48,237 nucleotides of DNA from Candidatus Parcubacteria bacterium (GCA_039796155.1 JBDKKJ010000005.1:1-48237); one strand, 5' to 3'; shown: positions 19,129-28,424, counted from the first letter of the stretch. The notes: generated by a model not told the origin, from the letters alone. A program made the numbers and translations.

Positions 19129-19201
19129 TGCGCCCTGAGGGACTTGAACCCCCGACCTTCTCAGTGTAAATGAGCTGCTCTACCAACTGAGCTAAGGGCG
19201 C
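19129..19201 (-). tRNA. tRNA-Val(TAC), no encoded CCA
   Basis: Reverse complement gcgccct-tagctcagttggtagagc...tt-TAC-ac...gggggttcaagtccctc-agggcgc-a. Confidence 0.93.
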
Positions 19202-19377
19202 GTATATTTAACTTTACCTATCAAATGTGCCATATAACTGTTATTTACCAAAACAGCTAACGGCACGTAAAAACAACAATAACCTATTTAATGGCTTTTT
19301 TCAAGAAAAACCCATAAACGCTTGCTGATTTCGCTCCGCCATGTTACATTGACGACCACGTTAATACATTCAAATCA

Positions 19378-19818
19378 ATGGAAAGCAAAGTAATCACATC
19401 CCCTATAGATATGGCCGCACGAGCAAAACTCGCGCTCCGTTCAGGCGATACAGTTCGCGTATGGCAGAAAATCAAGGAAGGTGACAAAACACGTCTTCAG
19501 GCCTTTGAAGGACTTATCCTTTCTCGAAAGCACGGTGATGAAGCAGGTGCTACATTCACAGTTCGAAAGGTAATAGACGGAGTAGGTGTAGAACGCATCT
19601 TCCCTCTTTACTCTCCAATGATTGATGAAATCGAAACTGTTCGAAAATCAAAGGTACGACGATCAAAACTCTATTTCGTACGAGAAAAGGCAACAAAGGA
19701 AATCCGACGCCAAATGCGAAACCTCCGAGCAGACAAGACAGCAAAGACAGACGTTGTAAAGAAAGGTACAAAGGTAGAAAAGAAAGAAGTAGAACCAGCT
19801 CCGGTAGAAGTAAAGTAA
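19378..19818 (+). CDS. rplS: 50S ribosomal protein bL19 with Lys-rich C-terminal tail
   Basis: [38 protein letters not shown] and KVRRSKLYF. Confidence 0.97.
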   Translation: MESKVITSPIDMAARAKLALRSGDTVRVWQKIKEGDKTRLQAFEGLILSRKHGDEAGATFTVRKVIDGVGVERIFPLYSPMIDEIETVRKSKVRRSKLYFVREKATKEIRRQMRNLRADKTAKTDVVKKGTKVEKKEVEPAPVEVK

Positions 19819-19822
19819 ATAA

Positions 19823-19854
19823 AAAAAACCACCGACCACTGTCGGTGGTTTTTT
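19823..19854 (+). terminator. Intrinsic terminator after rplS
   Basis: aaaaaaccaccgac-cact-gtcggtggtttttt. Confidence 0.85.
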
Positions 19855-19979
19855 GTTGTCCATGCTGCGATTCCATAAAAGTGTTGCTGAACTCACTAAG
19901 AATGGGCTGGATTTTATTATTCCTTTATCTCTCATTTTGTAAGATATCGAAGACGGAAGATTGGTAATCTTTACGTCGT

Positions 19980-20049
19980 GGGCATGCTAGTGGCCTAGAC
20001 CCTCAGCCTTACCATCTGAGGGGTGCGGGTTCGATCCCCGTCATGTCCA
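19980..20049 (+). ncRNA. Non-canonical tRNA-like element (pseudo-tRNA or tRNA-like domain of a ~185-nt ncRNA)
   Basis: Acceptor gggcatg/catgtcc+A, mini D-arm ctag-tggc-ctag, 7-bp arm ccctcag/ctgaggg with 9-nt loop, T-arm gcggg-TTCGATC-cccgt. Confidence 0.6.
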
Positions 20050-20106
20050 TGCACTTGAAAAAGTCCCCCGCATCCCTTATCATATCCATGTGGTAAGGCT
20101 GGGGGC

Positions 20107-20134
20107 CAAAACCGTTCCGAGAGGAACGGTTTTG
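20107..20134 (+). terminator. Terminator-like hairpin closing the tRNA-like transcript
   Basis: caaaaccgttcc-gaga-ggaacggttttg. Confidence 0.7.
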
Positions 20135-20218
20135 CATTATATATTGAAAAGGTTGAAAATAAGGCCATATTTATGTATGATGTGCGAACAAGAAAAAGAA
20201 AGGTCTTTCTTGGCCAAT

Positions 20219-20300
20219 GCGCGGATGGTGGAATTGGCAGACACACTACCTTGAGGTGGTAGCGCCGTAAGGCATGGAGGTTCAAGTCCTCTTCCGCGCA
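20219..20300 (+). tRNA. tRNA-Leu(GAG), long variable arm, no encoded CCA
   Basis: gcgcgga/tccgcgc acceptor, ctacc-tt-GAG-gt-ggtag, variable arm gcc-gtaa-ggc, T-loop TTCAAGT. Confidence 0.94.
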
Positions 20301-20304
20301 CACG

Positions 20305-20343
20305 GAGAAAACGGCGGGCGGCTACGCCGCCCGCCGTTTTCTC
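20305..20343. repeat. 18-bp perfect GC-rich inverted repeat between tRNA-Leu and tRNA-His
   Basis: gagaaaacggcgggcggc-tac-gccgcccgccgttttctc. Confidence 0.8.
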
Positions 20344-20361
20344 TCGATAGCAGTTCACGAT

Positions 20362-20433
20362 GGTGCCTATAGTTTAGTGGTAAAACTTCGGTTTGTGGAA
20401 CCGATATCCAGAGTTCGATTCTCTGTAGGCACC
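20362..20433 (+). tRNA. tRNA-His(GTG) with encoded G-1, no encoded CCA
   Basis: G-1:C73 pair, gtgccta/taggcac, tcggt-tt-GTG-ga-accga, TTCGATT. Confidence 0.94.
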
Positions 20434-20530
20434 CAACAAATTCCATATCCGACGACAAACGATTTGTAATCATCCTCCTTATAGAACGGCTTTGTTTATG
20501 CCCAATGATTACCAATTAAATCAAAATAAT

Positions 20531-20680
20531 ATGCCCAATAATATTGAAGAAGCTGAAAAGAAAGCTGAGGTGGCCGAAGCTGTTGCGAAACAAGCTCGTG
20601 CTGACAGCGACAAAGAAAAGGCAAATGTAGCAGTGGAGAAAGCTCACACCTCACAAAAAGACGCAGATAAAGCAAAATAA
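20531..20680 (+). CDS. Small Ala/Lys/Glu-rich hypothetical protein (49 aa)
   Basis: MPNNIEEAEKKAEVAEAVAKQARADSDKEK..., protein-like composition, followed by a terminator. Confidence 0.5.
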   Translation: MPNNIEEAEKKAEVAEAVAKQARADSDKEKANVAVEKAHTSQKDADKAK

Positions 20681-20712
20681 ATTTCGACAACCTCTACCAC
20701 GGCACACCCATA

Positions 20713-20738
20713 GAAGAACCGCCTTTGGGCGGTTTTTC
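20713..20738. terminator. Bidirectional terminator between two small ORFs
   Basis: gaagaaccgcc-tttg-ggcggtttttc. Confidence 0.7.
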
Positions 20739-20740
20739 GT

Positions 20741-20890
20741 TTACACTATCTTTTCCCCTCTTATCACTCGCACCAGTATCATAATCACCGCCACGACAAG
20801 AAGGATATGAATAAACCCGCCCACGGTATATGAACTAATAAGACCGAGAATCCATAGAATAATCAAAATAACAGCAATTGTAGTTAACAT
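20741..20890 (-). CDS. Small membrane protein, lmo0937/DUF5670-like (49 aa; not in the ORF track)
   Basis: Hand translation: MLTTIAVILIILWILGLISSYTVGGFIHILLVVAVIMILVRVIRGEKIV; LW.LGL...GGFIHILLV signature. Confidence 0.85.
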   Translation of the reverse strand: MLTTIAVILIILWILGLISSYTVGGFIHILLVVAVIMILVRVIRGEKIV

Positions 20891-20945
20891 GTATATACAG
20901 ACGAATACGCCTAAAAACTATTACAAAATCTGATAGTATTGAGAC

Positions 20946-21866
20946 ATGAAAAAAATTATCGTTACTGTTGCGCTTCTCATGCTTGCCCAGACAGCGTCAG
21001 CTGCATGTACAGACATATCCCTTGATCTTGGATTGGGTTCAACAGACTTAAACTCAAATGGCAATGTAACAAAACTGCAAAACTATCTTAAGGATTCTGG
21101 CCATCTCACTGCGGTACCCAACGGAGTGTTTGGCCCAGCAACTGTAGCCGCTGTAAAGAAATTTCAGACAGCACAGAACCTTAGCTCAACAGGTTTTGTA
21201 GGACCCCTCACTCGAGGATCGGTAAAGACAAAGAGTTGTGTTGTTCCAACACCATCAGTCACTACCCCATCCCCAAGTAATGGCAATACAAGCATCACAA
21301 GACCAAAAGCAGGTGCATCAGTGACCATCGGAAAAAAGCAGATAGTACGCTGGTCGCAAGAAATTAAATCGACGTACAGCATTATTCTTGAAAACCAAGA
21401 AGGTGTGTCACAAGGTTACATTGCAGTCAGTCGCCTTGGTGGAACAGAGTTTGAGTGGAATGCTGGTGATGTCTTTAATACTGACAGTCAACGCGACATG
21501 ACTGTAACTCCAGGTACTTACAAGATTCGTATCCGTAACACTTACTCGGGGACTTCAGCTAATGATCCACAGAGTGCCGTGTTTACACTTGTTGCAGATC
21601 CAATTGCACCAAGACTCGTCTACCCTACAACAGTTCCCGTGAACCAGGACACAACAGTGGTGATGTACGGAAGCGGATTTAATGACAATACGTCCATGTA
21701 TCTTGATGGTCTCTTTAATGTCAGAACAAGCAAGGTGTACATGTCGCCCGACCGAAAAGTGTTTATTATCTCAATACCCAAAACAGTTCCTGCTGGCAAA
21801 CATACACTGTGGGCATACAACGGATATGAAAGCACCGATACGGGAACGGTGATTACGGTTGAGTAA
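20946..21866 (+). CDS. Secreted peptidoglycan-binding (PG_binding_1) protein with Ig-like domains
   Basis: Signal peptide, VTKLQNYL..G.FGPATVAAVKKFQ..TGFVGPLTR, Pro/Thr linker, beta-rich C-terminus. Confidence 0.85.
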   Translation: MKKIIVTVALLMLAQTASAACTDISLDLGLGSTDLNSNGNVTKLQNYLKDSGHLTAVPNGVFGPATVAAVKKFQTAQNLSSTGFVGPLTRGSVKTKSCVVPTPSVTTPSPSNGNTSITRPKAGASVTIGKKQIVRWSQEIKSTYSIILENQEGVSQGYIAVSRLGGTEFEWNAGDVFNTDSQRDMTVTPGTYKIRIRNTYSGTSANDPQSAVFTLVADPIAPRLVYPTTVPVNQDTTVVMYGSGFNDNTSMYLDGLFNVRTSKVYMSPDRKVFIISIPKTVPAGKHTLWAYNGYESTDTGTVITVE

Positions 21867-21915
21867 CGTTGTATTTTTATCATTCTCTGATATTGTCTAC
21901 TGTACACAAAATTAT

Positions 21916-22401
21916 ATGGAACCTACCACACAACAAAAAAGTAAAAAAGTAATTGTACTTGTCGTTATTATCATTCTCGCATTGATTGCAGGCGGTATTT
22001 TTTGGTATCGAAAACACTCAGTTGCACCTTTCTGCTTTAACTTTAAGCACGATACCCAGTTCGGAGATCGAAAAGTAGCAAAGCCATCAAACGTTGGGGT
22101 GGAAGCTCCAAACGGCATGGTGTATTACCTCCCTGAAGTACCAGCTCTCCAGACAGCACTTTCTCGTGAAGGTTTCTATGTTGATACCTACGAAGCAACA
22201 GGTGGAAAGGTATACTATGCAGCATTCTTCGGTCCTTCAACTCAGGTTGCGGTGCGAGAATTCCAGAAGAAATACGGACTAGCCCAGACAGGTGAAGTTG
22301 AAAACACCATGATTGATAAACTTACTTCACTCTACGGATGTAAAGCAGAAGAAGTAGCAGCTACGACGACAGTTTCAGTTGCAACGACAACAAAGAAGTA
22401 A
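21916..22401 (+). CDS. Membrane-anchored peptidoglycan-binding domain protein
   Basis: TM helix, VPALQTAL..FFGPSTQVAVREFQKKYGL..TGEV. Confidence 0.8.
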   Translation: MEPTTQQKSKKVIVLVVIIILALIAGGIFWYRKHSVAPFCFNFKHDTQFGDRKVAKPSNVGVEAPNGMVYYLPEVPALQTALSREGFYVDTYEATGGKVYYAAFFGPSTQVAVREFQKKYGLAQTGEVENTMIDKLTSLYGCKAEEVAATTTVSVATTTKK

Positions 22402-22408
22402 TAAAAGA

Positions 22409-22437
22409 AAAAGCCGGCGCCAAAGGCGCCGGCTTTT
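22409..22437 (+). terminator. Intrinsic terminator
   Basis: aaaagccggcgcc-aaa-ggcgccggctttt. Confidence 0.8.
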
Positions 22438-22470
22438 CGTTTACCCCTTGCTCTGTGTCATAATATATTA

Positions 22471-23550
22471 ATGCTAGGAAAAGCTCGATTATTTTTCAGA
22501 AAATACGAAAGATATGTATCCCCTGTTACACTCGTGACCGGCTTTATCTTTGACTCAATAATGCTCCGCAGAATAGATGTCTTGTTTTCTAATGTTCTTC
22601 TTATTTCGTATCTGTTAGTTGCAGCGCTCTCTATCATTCTTCTCAATATTCATCAGAGCAAAGAGGAAACCAAGCGTTCAGAAGTATTTCATATCGTCCT
22701 TATATTCCTTCTTCAATTTTGTCTTGGAGGTCTCTTTAGTGCATCATTCCTCTTTTATTCAAAGTCAGGAGCTGTCATTGCAAGCTGGCCGTTTCTTCTT
22801 ATGATTTTCATCTACGTTATTGGAAATGAAATCTTACGAAAGAATTATGTTCGTCTCAGTTTTCAGATAACCGTATTCTTTACGGCACTTTTCTCATATC
22901 TCATATTCTTCCTCCCTATCATTCTCGGAAAAATGGGAGACTCGATTTTTCTACTTGCTGGTATAGCGAGTCTTATGATTACGGGTATTTTTATTTATGT
23001 CCTATCATGGTTTTCACCCAAAAGAACATATGAGAGCGCTGGAATAATCTCACTTTCTATCTTTGGACTCTTTGGCATAATCAACCTCCTCTATTTCACC
23101 AATCTTATTCCACCGATTCCACTTGCCCTCAAAGAGGCTGGCATATATCGATCACTCGCACGACTACCCGATGGAACGTACCTTGCTGAAGGCGAAGCTC
23201 AGAAGTGGTTTAACATTATTTCAGCCGATCCAGTTATTCATAGCGTAAAGAATGAACCCGTATATCTTTTGAGCTCGGTGTTCGCCCCGACGAATCTCAA
23301 AACTGATATTGTTCACATCTGGCAGTATTACGATGCAGTCGATAAAGCATGGACTGTTGCAAACACTGTTACACTCGGTATCACCGGTGGTCGTGACGAA
23401 GGTTTCAGAACATACTCAACAAAAGAAGGGCTCTTCCCTGGAAAATGGCGTGTTGATGTTGCAACTCCACGAGGACAACTCATTGGACGACTTTCATTTA
23501 CAGTCGAAAACTCAAATGGTAAAGAGAAGCTACAAACAAGCATAAAGTAA
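22471..23550 (+). CDS. Polytopic membrane protein with C-terminal DUF2914-like domain
   Basis: About 7 TM helices, NLIPPIPL, SVFAP..H.W, GGRDEGFRTYS.K and GKWRVDV. Confidence 0.8.
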   Translation: MLGKARLFFRKYERYVSPVTLVTGFIFDSIMLRRIDVLFSNVLLISYLLVAALSIILLNIHQSKEETKRSEVFHIVLIFLLQFCLGGLFSASFLFYSKSGAVIASWPFLLMIFIYVIGNEILRKNYVRLSFQITVFFTALFSYLIFFLPIILGKMGDSIFLLAGIASLMITGIFIYVLSWFSPKRTYESAGIISLSIFGLFGIINLLYFTNLIPPIPLALKEAGIYRSLARLPDGTYLAEGEAQKWFNIISADPVIHSVKNEPVYLLSSVFAPTNLKTDIVHIWQYYDAVDKAWTVANTVTLGITGGRDEGFRTYSTKEGLFPGKWRVDVATPRGQLIGRLSFTVENSNGKEKLQTSIK

Positions 23551-23603
23551 AATTTATGCTATAATTGCCCAGTCTCGTTTTACTGTAAATAGCTAACATT
23601 CAT

Positions 23604-24257
23604 ATGAATAAGAAAGGAATACTCGGTCTCATTATTATCATCATTCTTGGTGTCGCAGGATACGTAATCTTTGGCGGATCAAGCACTTCATCTGTGTCAA
23701 ACACAGGTACTTCTACAGAGACCCCAACTAACACAGCCCCTGTATCAAAAGATACATTCGCTCCTGTTACAAAGGATTCGACAGACGTTTCTCTTCTTGG
23801 ACGACTCAAGAACGCTTCTGTGTCAGCTGCAGAAACAGGTACTCGTGTTGCCCTCTCAGGAGGATCAGCAAAGTTTAGTGACGGTGATGTAAAAGGAACA
23901 ATTACTCTTGGAGACATCGCTGTTGAAACAACGGCCTCAGGATCAAAATATGTTCTCGCTTCTCTTGCGGTTAATTCAGGAGGTAGTGGTACATTTAAGT
24001 ACGTTGTTCTCTTTGAAGACAAGAATGGAACTCTCACAGACAAGTCATACGCTATTGTAGGTGATCGCGTAAACGTTACAGGTATTCGTGCAGACGTCGT
24101 TTCTGACACAAAGGGTGTTCAGCAGGTTGTTGTATCAGTTTCATATCTCGATCACGACAAGGGTGAAGCTCTCGCTTCAACACCTACAGTGCCTCGAACA
24201 AAGATTTTCGTAGTTGAAGGCGGTGAATTCAACTCAGCAAAAGAGCTTACACTCTAA
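23604..24257 (+). CDS. Hypothetical membrane-anchored exported protein
   Basis: N-terminal anchor, Ser/Thr linker, NSGGSGTF and GDRV motifs. Confidence 0.7.
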   Translation: MNKKGILGLIIIIILGVAGYVIFGGSSTSSVSNTGTSTETPTNTAPVSKDTFAPVTKDSTDVSLLGRLKNASVSAAETGTRVALSGGSAKFSDGDVKGTITLGDIAVETTASGSKYVLASLAVNSGGSGTFKYVVLFEDKNGTLTDKSYAIVGDRVNVTGIRADVVSDTKGVQQVVVSVSYLDHDKGEALASTPTVPRTKIFVVEGGEFNSAKELTL

Positions 24258-24264
24258 GCACATT

Positions 24265-24295
24265 AAAGGCCGGGCCCTACGGGCCCGGCCTTTTT
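24265..24295 (+). terminator. Intrinsic terminator
   Basis: aaaggccgggccc-tac-gggcccggcc followed by T5. Confidence 0.85.
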
Positions 24296-24313
24296 GTTTG
24301 CTACAATATACCC

Positions 24314-24868
24314 ATGGATTCAGCCATGAAAAAAAGACTCCTTATAGACCTCTGCATCATAGCGGTTAGCATCTTTGCAGCTGGCCTTTTTACACATAGC
24401 AATATTATTGACGAGATAGTTGTTGCAAACAAAAACTTCTACGCACTTAACTCCTTTATTGCAGGCCTCTTTTTCACCTCAGTATTCACTACAGCACCCG
24501 CGATGGTGGCTCTTGGAAAACTTGGAAGCACCTTCCCTCCTCTTGCAGTTGCTCTCGCCGGAGGACTAGGTGCGCTCATTGGAGACTTAATTATTTTTAG
24601 TTTTATCAAGGGTCATATTTCTGAAGATATCTCATTTCTTATTTCTCGTGCAAAGTCTCGACGAATTAAACACCTCTTTCATTATCGCTTTATGCGTTGG
24701 TCGCTCGCCTTTGTTGGTGCCATTATTATCGCATCACCACTTCCCGACGAATTAGGTCTTACCCTTATGGGACTCTCTCGGATGTCGACGGCAAAATTCA
24801 TTGTTATTTCTTTCACCTTCAATGCCCTTGGTATTCTCGCAATCTCTCTCATAGCTCGGTCTCTATAG
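24314..24868 (+). CDS. Membrane protein, VTT/SNARE-associated-like
   Basis: GALIGDLIIF and SPLPDELG motifs; several TM helices. Confidence 0.6.
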   Translation: MDSAMKKRLLIDLCIIAVSIFAAGLFTHSNIIDEIVVANKNFYALNSFIAGLFFTSVFTTAPAMVALGKLGSTFPPLAVALAGGLGALIGDLIIFSFIKGHISEDISFLISRAKSRRIKHLFHYRFMRWSLAFVGAIIIASPLPDELGLTLMGLSRMSTAKFIVISFTFNALGILAISLIARSL

Positions 24869-24887
24869 GTTATGGTATAGTCAGCAA

Positions 24888-25763
24888 ATGGCAGACATTC
24901 TCGATGGTAAAAAGGCACGGGATAGCTACAAACAAGGTCTCTTTGAGCGATCAAAGAGACTTTCATGTACCCCTGCTCTCGCCCTCATTCAAATTGGTGA
25001 CAATAGAGAATCGACTCTATACATCGAACAAAAGAAGAAGTTCGCACTCGATATTCATGCCCAGGTAGAGCACATAGTATTTAAAACAGATGTTACGTTT
25101 GAGGAAGTACAAAATGTAATTAAAGAGCTTAATGCGCGAACGGATATTCACGGAATCATAGTTCAACTACCCCTCCCAGCACACCTCGACTCTCGAGCGA
25201 TCATAAACATTATTGATCCCCAAAAAGATGTCGACGGTTTAACAGATACTAATCAGACTCTTCTTGAATCAGGTAAAGCATATTTTGTACCCGCAACAGC
25301 ACGCGGAGTATTAGACCTCCTCAAGTTCTACCACATTGAAGTTAAAGACAAGAACGTGGTTGTCTTTGGTCGGTCACGTCTTGTTGGTAGCCCTATCGCC
25401 CACCTCTTGAAAGCTCAAGGCGCTCATGTTTCTGTGTGTCATAGCAAAACCGAACACCCTCAAGAGATCTCAAAGCAGGCAGATATCGTCATTGTTGCAA
25501 TTGGTAAGCCGGAGCTTATTGATACGTCTTATATCAAGGAAGGTGTAGTGGTCATCGATGTCGGTATAAACAGTGTACTCGACACAAAAACACAGAAAAT
25601 GAGGCTTGTCGGAGACGTAGATCACGCAAATGTTGAAAAACTTGTCAAAGCAATAAGTCCGGTGCCTGGAGGTGTCGGACCCATGACTGTTCTCTCATTA
25701 TTTGCTAACCTTATACTCTCGGCAGAAGTCATGTGCCGGAACACGAATTATCAGATTCACTAA
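24888..25763 (+). CDS. folD: Bifunctional methylenetetrahydrofolate dehydrogenase/cyclohydrolase
   Basis: ILDGK, GIIVQLPLP, KDVDG, GRSRLVG.P, VIDVGIN and SPVPGGVGPMT. Confidence 0.96.
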   Translation: MADILDGKKARDSYKQGLFERSKRLSCTPALALIQIGDNRESTLYIEQKKKFALDIHAQVEHIVFKTDVTFEEVQNVIKELNARTDIHGIIVQLPLPAHLDSRAIINIIDPQKDVDGLTDTNQTLLESGKAYFVPATARGVLDLLKFYHIEVKDKNVVVFGRSRLVGSPIAHLLKAQGAHVSVCHSKTEHPQEISKQADIVIVAIGKPELIDTSYIKEGVVVIDVGINSVLDTKTQKMRLVGDVDHANVEKLVKAISPVPGGVGPMTVLSLFANLILSAEVMCRNTNYQIH

Positions 25764-25770
25764 CAATTAC

Positions 25771-26562
25771 ATGGAAACTCTTAACAGCAATCCCCTCTTT
25801 AAAAAGGTAGCTACAACACTTTTTATCGTCCTCGTAGCATTTGTAGCAGTAAAGACAATACGTGAGATCAAAGAAATCTCTCACCTTGGTAAAATGCAGA
25901 TGGCACCTACCACTATCAATGTTTCAGGTAAAGGCGAGGTTCTTGCCACCCCAGACATTGCAACATTTAGCTTTACGGTAAGAGAGGAGGCTTCTATTGT
26001 GAGCAAGGCACAAAAGATGTCTACAGAAAAAATGAATGCTATTCTCGCTTATGTAAAAAAGAGCAACGTTGAAGACAAGGATGTAAAAACTCTTTCTTAC
26101 AGCATTTATCCTCGATACGACTACCAGAATGGCACAAATTACAATCCAGGTAAGCAGATTCTTGCCGCGTATGTAGTATCACAGACTATCGAAATCAAGG
26201 TTCGTAAGCTCGAAGATGCAGGTTCTCTCCTTACGGGTATTGGAGAATTCGGTGCAACGGATGTTTCAGGACTTTCATTCTCAATAGACAAACAGGATGA
26301 CCTTGCTCGCGAGGCTCGCGACAAAGCTATTGTTGACGCTCAGGTAGAAGCAGCAAAGCTTGCAAAAGCTCTTGGTGTAAAACTTGGCTCAATGACAAGC
26401 TTCTATGAATCAAACCCATATCCTATGTACTACGCAAAGGATGTCATGATGTCAGCATCAGCACCTATGATGGCAGGTGGAGAAGGTCGGGTTACTCCCC
26501 AGCTTCCTAGCGGTGAAAATAAAGTCACTTCAAACGTAACTGTTACGTACGAAGTTCGATAA
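25771..26562 (+). CDS. SIMPL/DUF541 domain protein
   Basis: TINVSGKGEV.A.PDIA, YSIYPRYDY, AI.DA...A..LAKALGVKLG and GENKVTSNVTVTYE. Confidence 0.92.
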   Translation: METLNSNPLFKKVATTLFIVLVAFVAVKTIREIKEISHLGKMQMAPTTINVSGKGEVLATPDIATFSFTVREEASIVSKAQKMSTEKMNAILAYVKKSNVEDKDVKTLSYSIYPRYDYQNGTNYNPGKQILAAYVVSQTIEIKVRKLEDAGSLLTGIGEFGATDVSGLSFSIDKQDDLAREARDKAIVDAQVEAAKLAKALGVKLGSMTSFYESNPYPMYYAKDVMMSASAPMMAGGEGRVTPQLPSGENKVTSNVTVTYEVR

Positions 26563-26574
26563 AGTTCAGAGTAG

Positions 26575-26612
26575 AAATAAAAAACCCTTCGTGAACGAAG
26601 GGTTTTTTATTT
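26575..26612. terminator. Bidirectional terminator between SIMPL and pilB
   Basis: aaataaaaaacccttcg-tgaa-cgaagggttttttattt. Confidence 0.85.
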
Positions 26613-28366
26613 TATTCAGATACCACTCGGAGGACTTCCTCGATAGTAGTGAGGCCTTGGGCGGCAATAAAGATTCCGTCTTCAAGCATTGTCACCATCC
26701 CCTCTTTCTTTGCCTGTATTTCGATATCACCAGAAGTTGCGCCCTTCATGATGAGCTCACGAATAGTTGGTGTCATTTTAAGCACCTCATGAATACCAAC
26801 ACGACCCTTATATCCGTCTTCCTCCTTGGTTACCGTAGGTGCGCCAAACATTACATTGTCCCAATCATCCTTAGGACCGATCACTTTTTCAGTTCGAAGT
26901 ATACCCAACATTCGATCGAGATCTACAACCTTCGCCAAAGCGCTTAATTCGCCCTTGGTGAGGGGTTTTCGGTCTTTTGAAGCATCTGAGAGTCTTCGCA
27001 CCAATCGCTGTCCAATAACGACCGAGAGCGTCGATACGAGGATAAAGGGCTCTATCTTCATATCCATCAATCGAGGTATGGCTCCTGCCGCAGAGTTGGT
27101 GTGAAGCGTCGAAAGCACGAGGTGTCCCGTAAGAGCCGCATTCACAGCTAGTGATGCTGTTTCATTGTCTCGAATTTCACCCACCATAATAATATCTGGG
27201 TCCTGACGAACAAGAGAACGAAGTCCGGATGCAAAGGTAAATCCAATGTCAGGCCGTACCTGTGTCTGATTTATACGCGGCATCTGGTATTCAACAGGGT
27301 CTTCAACTGTTGATATGTTTACGTCGGGAGTATTCAAAATATCGAGCACGGTATAGAGCGTTGTAGACTTTCCAGACCCTGTAGGCCCCGTCGCAAGAAT
27401 CATACCTGTGGCCAGCTTTGTGGAATTATGAATTCTTTCGAGTGCTTCCCCGTGGAAACCGAGGTGTTCTAGAGTGAAACCGGAAACGCTTTCTCGCAAG
27501 AGACGCATAACGGTCTTTTCTCCATAAAATGTCGGCAAAATAGAGACGCGCAACGAAACCTTCTCGTCGTTCATTTCCACCTTAAATCGTCCATCTTGAG
27601 GCAATCGCTTTTCGTCGAGTTTGAGACTCGAGAGAACTTTAATACGTGCGGTAATAGACATTTCAGCTTCTTTAGGAAGAACCATAGCGTCATGCAGCAT
27701 TCCGTCGATACGATAACGAACCAAAAGCTCTTTTTCCATAGGTTCTATATGGATATCAGAAGCGCCTTGAATGATGGCGTGTTTTAGAAGCGTGTCGACA
27801 ATACGGATTACAGGTAGGTCTTCGGCAAGTTTCTTGAGATCATCCCCTGTTGCCTTTGCGCCACCTATTTCTTCGGAGAGCTGTTTGAGTGTTGCAGTTT
27901 CTTGTTTGATAAGATCACCGAATTCTGCCTTGAGACTCTTTTGGTACTGAAGAAGAACTGATTTAATTGAATCAGCGTCGGTGAGTCGTGGAGAAATTTT
28001 AAGACCAACTTTTTTCTTTATAAAGTCGATTGCATGTAAGTCGTCAGTGTCGAGCATTGCAACCTCGAGTGTGTCTGTATTCTTCTTAAAGGCAACAATA
28101 TTGTGATTTCGGGCAATAGGTTCTGGCACAAGCGATAGCACAGCAAAATCAATCTTCTGCCCTTTCAAATCAACGAATGGAATTCCCAAAATATACGCCT
28201 GCATCTTTCGCAAGTCGTCTTCAGAGAGCTTTCCATGGTTTACGAGTATTTCCCCGAGACTCAATTTTTTTTCCTTGGCCTCTTTTTCAGCGTCAGTGAC
28301 ATCCTTTTTAGATACCAGACCTGAATCGTTTATAAAAGTCTTTAGTTGTTGTTCTTCGATGTACAT
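26612..28366 (-). CDS. pilB: Type IV pilus extension ATPase PilB (GspE/PulE family)
   Basis: ASDIHIEP, RLPQDGR, GPTGSGKST, VEDPVEY, RQDPDIIMVGEIRD and TGHLVLSTLH. Confidence 0.95.
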   Translation of the reverse strand: MYIEEQQLKTFINDSGLVSKKDVTDAEKEAKEKKLSLGEILVNHGKLSEDDLRKMQAYILGIPFVDLKGQKIDFAVLSLVPEPIARNHNIVAFKKNTDTLEVAMLDTDDLHAIDFIKKKVGLKISPRLTDADSIKSVLLQYQKSLKAEFGDLIKQETATLKQLSEEIGGAKATGDDLKKLAEDLPVIRIVDTLLKHAIIQGASDIHIEPMEKELLVRYRIDGMLHDAMVLPKEAEMSITARIKVLSSLKLDEKRLPQDGRFKVEMNDEKVSLRVSILPTFYGEKTVMRLLRESVSGFTLEHLGFHGEALERIHNSTKLATGMILATGPTGSGKSTTLYTVLDILNTPDVNISTVEDPVEYQMPRINQTQVRPDIGFTFASGLRSLVRQDPDIIMVGEIRDNETASLAVNAALTGHLVLSTLHTNSAAGAIPRLMDMKIEPFILVSTLSVVIGQRLVRRLSDASKDRKPLTKGELSALAKVVDLDRMLGILRTEKVIGPKDDWDNVMFGAPTVTKEEDGYKGRVGIHEVLKMTPTIRELIMKGATSGDIEIQAKKEGMVTMLEDGIFIAAQGLTTIEEVLRVVSE

Positions 28367-28424
28367 AAATGCGAGTTGCTAATAAGTATATCACTGAAAA
28401 AAGCCCCTATGATATACTTTTTAC

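Noticed and set aside
19980-20134. Standard tmRNA (ssrA) or ordinary tRNA-Gly/Val
   Set aside because: No mRNA-like domain, tag ORF or pseudoknot region lies between the acceptor halves, and the D-arm linker and 9-nt loop do not fit a canonical tRNA. Kept only as a tRNA-like finding.
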